From assembly GCA_964585895.1 (NCBI GenBank), contig CAZPFP010000002.1, positions 1 to 43,121 on the forward strand: a stretch of DNA of 43,121 nucleotides, given 5' to 3'. The notes beneath the pieces are model-generated. The model was not told where the DNA came from. It did not search any database and was given only the letters and a program-made list of their open reading frames with translations. Source of the stretch: an uncultured Gammaproteobacteria bacterium. Its GTDB lineage: Bacteria; Patescibacteriota; Microgenomatia; PFEM01; JAHIFH01. This document shows, piece after piece, positions 1-7,432 of the stretch. The number at the start of each line of letters is the position of its first letter. Position 1 is the first letter of the stretch. The position numbers and the translations under genes are program-made.

Positions 1-2280
1 CATCTGCCGAGAGGTATTGTTCCATGGTTTCACTGTGTCATTGTTGGCCGCTGATTGACGCTTTCCGTCAACCATGGAGCCATGAAGCAATGAAACAATC
101 TGGTTGGTATCCCCAGAATCTGCAAATCTGCCGAAAACTAACCTTGAGAACATCTTCCGGATGTTGTAGGAATGTCCCTCTGCCCAACGCATCCGTTGGC
201 GGATCAGCCGTTTGAGGGTAGAAGCGCACTCCGCAGGGGCTTGGATGTAGGGGGTGTAAACCACTTTATAGCCTTGTTCATAGAGTTTAAGGGTTAATTG
301 AAAGTCTTCAGTAATACTTCTCCCCCAACCGACTTTCTTAAGGACATCACTTCTAATCATATAGACACTACCGGAAATCTGCTTTAGCAAACCCAAGATT
401 TCTCTGCCAGGCCGTTCTACCACATAAGAGCCCGCGTATTCCGTTCTCACCCCTCTGGTAATCCAATTCTCTGATTTATTAAGCACATGCCATTGGTAAC
501 CACCAACAACGGCTATATTAGAAGTAGTATATTTTTCTGAGTTATTATTATTAGCCTTAAAATATTTAACAAACATCTCGAGAGTATCAGGATAAGGAAT
601 AAAGTCAGCGTCAAAAACCACACAAAACTCGGTTTTCGGATTCATGTTTTTGACCGCAAAGCTCAAAGCCGCCCCCTTAAAACCTTCCCTAGTGGGCCGA
701 TGGAGAATTTTAATTTTAGGACCTCTGGGATGAGCCTTGTTATGTGCTTTTGCATATCTTTGCACAATTCCTGTAGTTTCATCAGTACTGTCATCACAAA
801 CAATCACTTCATAGTTGGGATAATCCATAGAAGTACAAGCTTCAAGGATTCTCTCGGCCACTTTTTTTTCGTTGTAAAAAGGCAGATGAATAGAAATAAA
901 AGGATATCTTTTCAATTTAATATGGTCTAGAGAAGGCTGCAATCCCCCGGCTTGGACAAAACCATTTTTTCCATTACCGTTCCCGTTATCGTTTCCATTT
1001 AAACCAAAAATTTTTCTTAACCAGCCGCCATTTCCATTACCATTACTATTATTGTGGTTATTATTCAGTTTTGCTCCCAAACCAACAGCATAACCCCCTC
1101 CTTCCTCTATGGGCTGGCGAGAGAAAGACAAAACAATCGCCAAGGTTAAATAATATTTCATTGAATAGGCAAAGAAAAACGAGCCTACCAGCAAAGAAAC
1201 GGTGGCAAAGAAAAAGCCAACCTTTGAAGAAACCGGCGCTGCGGCCGTAATCGTGGCAAAATAACCCAAAATACCCAGAAAGACGGTGGTAAAAAAGGCT
1301 GTTGCCAGGGTAGCTGAAGCGAATCTGACCACTCGAACTCGTGTTTCGGTTGGCAGAATAATAAATTGAGCGCCAAGCTTTTCTACAGCCGCTATTACTT
1401 TGGTAACCGGAGTAACTTGGGACTGTGCATAAGCCAACCGCTTCTCATAGGTATTAAGCTCATATCGACGAAGAACATTCTGAACGCCATGATGACCAAC
1501 AATCGACTTCCCGGCAATCTGAGGCAAAACCTGAATAATTCTTTCCACCCCAAAACCCGGATATTGAGCCACCACCGAAAGAACCGCTTCTTCATATTTC
1601 TCTGGAGTCTGACGATAATAGCGCCCGACTGTGGGTTTTTTGTCTTGGAGAGCTTCTCTCTTTTTATCATCTGGCGCCGCCTGATATCTCTTCAACCATT
1701 TATAAAAAAGAGGTCGAGAAATTTGATAGTCGCGGCAAATTTTAGTCACTGGCTCTTTAAGCTTCACTACCCGCTCAATCATATCCAGTCGTTGCTGAGG
1801 AGTCAGTTCTTTGCTCGCCAAAACAGAACGGAAGACTCCTATTTCTACCTTGGTTTTGCCTCTGGCAACTTTCAGAGCTTCCTCGATACTAAGACCTTTT
1901 ACCTTTTCAACAAGCTTCTTTCTCCTATCAGAAGTGTTCAAGCCCAATCTTTCCAAAACATTTTGTACTCCATGATTGCCGACGATTGGTTTAGCAGCAA
2001 TCTTAGGCAATCCTAGGCTTATCCTTTGGCTTGACCACTGAGGATGAGCTAGAACAAGCTCAATAATCTTTAAAACATGTTTTCGGGAAACTCTTCGAGG
2101 CTTGACTCTAGCTCTCTTTTTCGGACTAACCGTTCCCTCTTTCTTATAGCGTCGGAGCCAACGATAAAAAAGCGTTCGGGAAATGCCTGCTTCTTGGCAA
2201 ACCCGACTAACGGGTTCATTTCTAAGAACAATCCGTTCAATTAACTTTATTCTATCTTGAGAAGACAGTTTTGGTGGCAG
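1..2280 (-). CDS. Family-2 (processive, QxxRW-type) glycosyltransferase with two N-terminal transposase-like HTH modules, TM helices and an Asn/Gly-rich linker; the 3' end runs off the window
   Basis: Hand translation of the minus strand shows one frame open from the stop at 2302-2304 down to nt 1. It is absent from the ORF track, which needs an ATG and an in-window stop. It contains MDYPNYEVIVCDDSTDE (778-828), VVFDADF, SITEDF and RQRMRW (about 184-201), which together form the GT2 D/DxD/ED/QxxRW signature. The N-terminal part carries two HTH repeats and hydrophobic helices (about 1120-1340). The start codon is uncertain (see finding). Confidence 0.75.
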   Translation of the reverse strand, partial: MPPKLSSQDRIKLIERIVLRNEPVSRVCQEAGISRTLFYRWLRRYKKEGTVSPKKRARVKPRRVSRKHVLKIIELVLAHPQWSSQRISLGLPKIAAKPIVGNHGVQNVLERLGLNTSDRRKKLVEKVKGLSIEEALKVARGKTKVEIGVFRSVLASKELTPQQRLDMIERVVKLKEPVTKICRDYQISRPLFYKWLKRYQAAPDDKKREALQDKKPTVGRYYRQTPEKYEEAVLSVVAQYPGFGVERIIQVLPQIAGKSIVGHHGVQNVLRRYELNTYEKRLAYAQSQVTPVTKVIAAVEKLGAQFIILPTETRVRVVRFASATLATAFFTTVFLGILGYFATITAAAPVSSKVGFFFATVSLLVGSFFFAYSMKYYLTLAIVLSFSRQPIEEGGGYAVGLGAKLNNNHNNSNGNGNGGWLRKIFGLNGNDNGNGNGKNGFVQAGGLQPSLDHIKLKRYPFISIHLPFYNEKKVAERILEACTSMDYPNYEVIVCDDSTDETTGIVQRYAKAHNKAHPRGPKIKILHRPTREGFKGAALSFAVKNMNPKTEFCVVFDADFIPYPDTLEMFVKYFKANNNNSEKYTTSNIAVVGGYQWHVLNKSENWITRGVRTEYAGSYVVERPGREILGLLKQISGSVYMIRSDVLKKVGWGRSITEDFQLTLKLYEQGYKVVYTPYIQAPAECASTLKRLIRQRMRWAEGHSYNIRKMFSRLVFGRFADSGDTNQIVSLLHGSMVDGKRQSAANNDTVKPWNNTSRQM

Positions 2281-2507
2281 CCCGCCCTCCTTATGTAAAC
2301 ACTAATTCAAAATTGCCTATCTTTTTTAGCTTCAATCATTGATGTTAACACCATATGGATATACCATGTCAAGGGTCATTTGCCATCAAACTAGGTCAAA
2401 TTAGAACAGCTGTTTGAGGCTAAAAGAATTAAATATATCAAATTAACTAACTAAAGAAAATTATTAGGCAAAATTAAGATATTTTTGTACCTTTAAAGAA
2501 AACCCCC

Positions 2508-2536
2508 TTGACATCAATACCTTAAAATTTTAGAAT
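2508..2536 (+). promoter_or_regulatory. Sigma70-type promoter for the HTH gene at 2601
   Basis: TTGACA (2508-2513), an exact 17-nt spacer, then TAGAAT (2531-2536), read directly from the sequence. Confidence 0.55.
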
Positions 2537-2600
2537 ACAATCATCAGTTTTTTAAACCTTAAATCGTAAAATAAGCAATTATTAGCAAATCTCCTAAAAA

Positions 2601-2915
2601 ATGAATGAAGATAAAAAATATCAATGGATGCCAATTGGCGAAGCGGCCAAATACCTTGGGATCTCTCGAGACACTCTTCGACGTTGGGGAAAAAGGGGAA
2701 AAATAAAAGCTGTTCGCTCTCCCACTAATCGGCGTTACTACACCAAAAAGCAACTTGACAAAATAATGAGTACTGGCAAAGAAGAGAAAAAAGTTAACAA
2801 ACTAGAAAAGAAATTATCAATCAACAAAACTCAAAAACTGATTATCACCGGTATTCTAAGTTTCCTCGTTACCGCCGCTCTAGCTTTACTGACTCAATTT
2901 TTTCTCCTAAAATAA
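2601..2915 (+). CDS. MerR/excisionase-type HTH protein with a C-terminal transmembrane anchor
   Basis: ORF track, 104 aa. PIGEAAKYLGISRDTLRRWGKRGKIKAV is a MerR/excisionase-like helix-turn-helix. The C-terminal LIITGILSFLVTAALALLTQFFLL is a hydrophobic helix. Confidence 0.7.
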   Translation: MNEDKKYQWMPIGEAAKYLGISRDTLRRWGKRGKIKAVRSPTNRRYYTKKQLDKIMSTGKEEKKVNKLEKKLSINKTQKLIITGILSFLVTAALALLTQFFLLK

Positions 2916-3047
2916 AATCTCCCATAACTCAAAGCCACGAAGACCACGGGCTTTTTCATAAAGGTTGAGGTTGATAAACCAACCACTATTCCGGGCTGGT
3001 GGCGGCTTCTTACGCCTTTTTTTCAAATGCAGCGAGAAAGGAAGGTA

Positions 3048-4478
3048 TTAGTCTAAAAGCCGATAAATTTTATCACCGTTTTGGTCGTAAACCTTCTCTA
3101 GACCAGAAATTTCTTCAAACTTTTCCGGATAAGAAAAATCGTGATAAAATTCCTCAGATTCTTCGGTGTGAACCACTAAATAATTAATCTCCAAGTCTCT
3201 AAGCCACTGGAGAGATTTCTCCGGATCTTCTCCTTCTCTTATCTCCCAGGCTGCTTTTCGCCACCTGGAATCAACTGAAGCTTGGTCCACTCCACCCCGA
3301 ACTTGAGAAATATCAAAGAAAGCATTAAGCCAAAAGACAGTTGTACCTGAGAGGAAGACTTTCTCGCCTGATTTAGCAACCTTATCTAGTCGACTGCCAA
3401 TTTGGTACTCCACTGTTTGAGTGATATCATTTTGCCATGCTACCAAAACGGTTTGGTTAAAAACGAATAGCCAAATTATTAATAGCATCCCTGTCACCAA
3501 AACTATACCTACTTTTGCCTTTATTTTCCTTATGCCCACCTGTTCTGCCCAATTTCCTAGTAAATAACCTCCAAAAATTGCCAAACCAAATTGTAATTCT
3601 GTTCCGTAAACAATCCAATCCAACCAAAAGTCAGGATCTGACAAAAATCTAAGCAAAGTTAGGCAAATAAAGATAAAAAGCCAATAAAAGCAAAAATCAC
3701 GGAGAAAGCTCTTTTTCCTAAAGAATTTAGCTGAAAAAACCGCCATTCCCAAGGCTAGAACCACTGGTAACAATCTCCCCAACCAAAGAATAACGGTCAT
3801 TAAACCTTTGCCTGCTAACGAAGGAGTACTAAAAAGAGTCAACCAATAACCGGGAGTATACCAAAAAGTAACTAACAAAAGAGAAAAAACTAAAATAAAT
3901 AATGTTTTTTTAATTTTCTCCTCTGCTTTTTTCCAACCAACCTGAACCAAAAAAACAATCACCATACCCAATAGGAGTGATGGTAGTATCAAACTATCAA
4001 GCAATATAATAATAGATATCGATACAAATAGTAATATTGCTCGCTTTGTTGTCCACTCTTTTAATAAACGTAGATAGATTATTAAAATAAAAGGAAGAAA
4101 AGAAAAAGCCATTAAATAAAGTCCACCAGAAAACCTGAAAAGAAAAGGGATAATTGGTCCAAAAAAGTAAAAAACGCCCGCTAAAACAGCGCTCTGCTGA
4201 CTCCCCTTCAATTCCTTAACCAAGAGATAAAGTCCTAGAGCCCCAAAAGGAAAAATTAGACTAATCAATCCGAAAAAAATCTCAAATAGGCTTAGACCCG
4301 GAAAAAATCGATTGAGAATAACAAGAATTGATGGCAAAATTGGCCCGGTTAAATACCGGAAAGGGGTTGTTCCCAAATACCAGTAGGGATAGCTACCAAA
4401 AACATTTCCTCCTTGCTCGATGAACCGGACCAAAGCAATTTGAATGGGTATTAGAGATGTCTGGGCTGGATACACCAC
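3048..4478 (-). CDS. Polytopic membrane protein with a C-terminal soluble domain (GT-C/ArnT-PMT-like architecture; function not established)
   Basis: ORF track, 476 aa, with a GTG start at 4478. About 11-12 hydrophobic helices cover the first 350 aa or so, followed by an acidic soluble tail (VVHTEESEEFYHDF). The glycosyltransferase idea rests only on topology and the neighbouring GT2 gene. Confidence 0.6.
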   Translation of the reverse strand: MVYPAQTSLIPIQIALVRFIEQGGNVFGSYPYWYLGTTPFRYLTGPILPSILVILNRFFPGLSLFEIFFGLISLIFPFGALGLYLLVKELKGSQQSAVLAGVFYFFGPIIPFLFRFSGGLYLMAFSFLPFILIIYLRLLKEWTTKRAILLFVSISIIILLDSLILPSLLLGMVIVFLVQVGWKKAEEKIKKTLFILVFSLLLVTFWYTPGYWLTLFSTPSLAGKGLMTVILWLGRLLPVVLALGMAVFSAKFFRKKSFLRDFCFYWLFIFICLTLLRFLSDPDFWLDWIVYGTELQFGLAIFGGYLLGNWAEQVGIRKIKAKVGIVLVTGMLLIIWLFVFNQTVLVAWQNDITQTVEYQIGSRLDKVAKSGEKVFLSGTTVFWLNAFFDISQVRGGVDQASVDSRWRKAAWEIREGEDPEKSLQWLRDLEINYLVVHTEESEEFYHDFSYPEKFEEISGLEKVYDQNGDKIYRLLD

Positions 4479-4656
4479 TCCAGTATATCATAATCTTTAT
4501 AAAACATAAGCAAAATTAAAGCTTAAAAAGTGTAAACATTAAGTGGGTATAATACCAGGATGCTTGTCAGGCTCACAAAATCCTAAAATGTTATAGGTTG
4601 CGGGTAATGAAGGAGATAGATTTAAGTAATCCTTTTATGGGTCAGTATGTTGAACT

Positions 4657-4771
4657 TTACAATTTTTCAGGTATGACTATAGGGGCAAAGATAAAAATAC
4701 TATAGGAGAAGACTGCTTAAAACCTTTTCAGCCGAAATCTTCTTTTTCCAAATTACTAATAATTTTTCGTC
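4657..4771 (-). pseudogene. Decayed C-terminal fragment of a paralog of the lipoprotein gene at 15747-16409
   Basis: The minus strand reads ..KIISNLEKEDFG(stop).. then ..SIFIFAPIVIPEKL(stop) in a shifted frame. Compare EEILREIKEDESKLIFIFAPIGEMPV at the end of the 15747 gene. A 23-nt exact match, CTATAGGGGCAAAGATAAAAATA, occurs at 4677-4699 and 15764-15786. Confidence 0.55.
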
Positions 4772-4774
4772 CCA

Positions 4775-5048
4775 TTAGCGTAAAAGAACAAAATGAAGCT
4801 CTTTTAAAAAACTAAAAATAGCATCATTAGACAGTTTATAGCTTTGTTTACATACTTTTGCAGATATCTTTCGCCTCCTCCAAAAAGGATTAGAAACAAC
4901 AATTGAAATAACTCTATCTTTACATTGAGCTCGTTTATTCTGGAGATGAGCCTTGCCTAAAACATAATTTGCTTTTAGAGCTTGTTCTAAGACGATTAGG
5001 CGCTTCTAAATATCTCTTTGCACTGATAAAAGGTCTTCCCGGGGCCAT
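4775..5048 (-). pseudogene. Frameshifted relic of a transposase-like HTH module (third copy of the module fused to the GT2 gene)
   Basis: Minus strand: an ATG at 5048 gives MAPGRPFISAKRYLEAPNRLRTSSKSKLCFRQGSSPE(stop). A shifted frame continues EQALKANYVLGKAHLQNKRAQCKDRVISIVVSNPFWRRRKISAKVCKQSYKLSNDAIFSFLKELHF. This parallels RKHVLKIIELVLAHPQWSSQRISLGL...HGVQNVLERLGL in the GT2 N-terminus. Confidence 0.5.
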
Positions 5049-5653
5049 TTCTGTCTCTCGACAGGTCTCAGATCGGCTTTCCCTTGTCAAGACCTTATAA
5101 GGCAAAATTAATAAAAGAAAAAATTGTTGTAAAACCCAATTAAAACACAGTCCAACTAGAAAAAAGCCCTACTTAAAGGTAAAAAATAATTAAATTTTCA
5201 GCTATAGGATTGCTGTCAATTACGACTTTTTCGCCGAGATAATTCGGATATAAGTCTAAATACTCACTGCCTTAGTGGTTTTTGAGGCTAAACCAAAGAA
5301 GAAAGGCAGTTAAAATCACCTAAAAGTTATTATCACCAAAAATAAAGTCTAAAAATATCAATTTTTGAACAACTTTAATCCTCAAGCTTTTCACTAAAGA
5401 CACGGAAAAAGAGGATGCTGCCAGCGCAGAACCCCAAAGTAAAAGCACCCCAGTAGAGCATCTTCGCCCCTTCCTGGGCAGGCACAAATAATCTGTTTAA
5501 ACTGAGCAGGAGAAAATTGGACAGAAGTAGGGTTTTTTTTACATCATTTAAAAGTTAATGTCAAGCCGTTAGTGATTTTTTCCAAGAAAAAACACCTTTT
5601 TAATAAATAGAAGTTGTTTAATATCGATTACTCAGCTTCGACAGGTATATTGC

Positions 5654-6553
5654 TCAACCAACCAGATTCTCGAAATACTTAATTATCTCTAGAGCAACAT
5701 TAGTCGGGGTGTATTTTTCCAAGCCTGTAAACTGCGGCCCCGGATTAATCTCCAAAACGTACGGCTGTTTTGTTTCTTGATGAATCATAATATCCACCCC
5801 CGCGATTTCAGTCCGGGTTAATTGGCTGATTTTCTCTGCCATCTGTTTCACTTCTGGAGCCTTTTTAAGGTCAAAATTACTCCCCGAACCACCCTGACTG
5901 ATGTTGCTGCGGAAATCCCCTGGCTTAGGGAGGCGCTTCATTGCCCCAATCGCTTTAAAACCGACGGTAAAAACCCTAATATCGCCCTCATTAGGTAAAT
6001 ACTCGCGAATAACAAACGCCGAAGCCTGATTTTTAACTCTCTCTTCGAATTTTTTGAGAGTTTTCTTAAGCTCATCAAGAGAGTCTATTTTAAAAACTCC
6101 TTTCCCCTGCCGGCTACCGCTGATTTTCAAAATAAGGGGAAATTCAAAATCATTCACCACTTCATCGACTTGAGAAGAAGAAAAAAGAAAAACCGATTTT
6201 GGGTAGCGAAGACCATTCTCTGTCTGCTGAAGATAGTCAGAAGCCGGTGTTAGATAGTAGCGATAGTCAAGGGTAATAACTTTTTGATTAACAATTTTAA
6301 TCTGATGGCGCTGGTTAAGATATTGCGCCGCCAAAGACCATTCCCAACGCCTTTTAGCAAAAGCCCAAAGATAAACAAGGTTGTAATCAAGAATATTTTT
6401 ATCCTTCAGCAGTATTTTAAACTGATTAGGACCGGCTTTAATGATCAAGTCAGCGCTGAGACAGCCATCAATCTGATGACCCCGCTTTTCTCCCTCTTCT
6501 TGGAGACGTTTTAACTGGGAATTGGCCACCAAGCCCACAATTAGAATTTTCAT
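5654..6553 (-). CDS. RimK-family ATP-grasp ligase (alpha-L-glutamate-ligase-like), paralog 2
   Basis: ORF track, 299 aa. FPLILKISGSRQGKGV, GDIRVFTVG, GDFRSNISQGG and AGVDIMI...VLEINPGPQF match the RimK-type ATP-grasp pattern. Confidence 0.85.
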   Translation of the reverse strand: MKILIVGLVANSQLKRLQEEGEKRGHQIDGCLSADLIIKAGPNQFKILLKDKNILDYNLVYLWAFAKRRWEWSLAAQYLNQRHQIKIVNQKVITLDYRYYLTPASDYLQQTENGLRYPKSVFLFSSSQVDEVVNDFEFPLILKISGSRQGKGVFKIDSLDELKKTLKKFEERVKNQASAFVIREYLPNEGDIRVFTVGFKAIGAMKRLPKPGDFRSNISQGGSGSNFDLKKAPEVKQMAEKISQLTRTEIAGVDIMIHQETKQPYVLEINPGPQFTGLEKYTPTNVALEIIKYFENLVG

Positions 6554-6559
6554 TGTTCT

Positions 6560-7429
6560 TTAAGAGCTATTTTTAATAGCGTGTTCAATAAATAATTTGC
6601 CAATATTTTCCCCAACCGCTTTTTCCATGCCCACAAAGCCGGCCGTATGGTTGACCTCAAGCAAATAACGTTTCTTCTTGGTCATCAACATATCAACCCC
6701 GCCAACGCTCAGGCCAATCGCCTTAAGGGCCCGCCAGGCGAGTTTCTGTCCCTGACGGTCAAGTTCAAAAGGTTCAACCTTGCCGCCAAGAGAAAAATTA
6801 GCCCGGAATTCACCGGGAGCAGGCAGACGACGCATGGTAAACAAATGTTTACCCACAATTAAAACCCGCAAATCATAAAGATAAGGAATAAATTCCTGAA
6901 GAAGAAAGCCTTTGGCTGGCCGGTCTTCAGTCTGACACTGATTGATAAAAGAGGCCAACTCTTCAGGCGTTTCGAAGCGAAAAACCGAAACTCCCTTACC
7001 CATCCGGGTTGATTTAACAACCAAAGGATAACCCAGTTTCTCGGCTAATTGAGAATAATCCTGAAAATCCCGGCTGTAGGCGCTTCTAGGTACCGGCAAG
7101 CCAGCCAGAGTCAGCTTAACCATGTCAGTTATTTTATCAATTGAATAGCGGTGAGCTAAAAAGCCATTATCAAAAACCTTCACTTTTTTCTTTCTCAGCC
7201 CCGCCACGACAGCGGCAATAGTTTTGAGCGAATTAAAAACACCCCGAACGATGACCAGGTCAGCCTCAAGGTTGGTCAGTCCGGCTACTTTCAAACGATT
7301 TTTATCAATCTGAAAATTAAAATCCTTGAGGTTAAGCAAACGAAAGGAGTGACCTAACTTTTTCGCTTCTTCCTCAAGGCGCTGGTTTTCTAACAAAGAA
7401 GGCAAAGTCGTCAGTAAAACAATTTTCAT
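6560..7429 (-). CDS. RimK-family ATP-grasp ligase, paralog 1
   Basis: ORF track, 289 aa. YPLVVKSTRMGKGVSV, YDLRVLIVG, GEFRANFSLGG and GGVDMLM...LLEVNHTAGF match the RimK-type pattern. There is a 6-nt gap to the next gene. Confidence 0.85.
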   Translation of the reverse strand: MKIVLLTTLPSLLENQRLEEEAKKLGHSFRLLNLKDFNFQIDKNRLKVAGLTNLEADLVIVRGVFNSLKTIAAVVAGLRKKKVKVFDNGFLAHRYSIDKITDMVKLTLAGLPVPRSAYSRDFQDYSQLAEKLGYPLVVKSTRMGKGVSVFRFETPEELASFINQCQTEDRPAKGFLLQEFIPYLYDLRVLIVGKHLFTMRRLPAPGEFRANFSLGGKVEPFELDRQGQKLAWRALKAIGLSVGGVDMLMTKKKRYLLEVNHTAGFVGMEKAVGENIGKLFIEHAIKNSS

Positions 7430-7432
7430 TTG

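Noticed and set aside
1366-2016. 216-aa plus-strand ORF and the 91-aa minus-strand ORF at 1395-1670
   Set aside because: Both overlap the long open minus-strand frame that encodes the duplicated HTH modules. Their translations are low-complexity and have no motifs.
2993-3023. Intrinsic terminator after the 2601 gene (GGCG-8nt-CGCC plus a T7 run; also AAGCC..GGCTT plus T5 at about 2925-2956)
   Set aside because: The stems are only 4-5 bp with large loops, which is too weak to call without folding energies.
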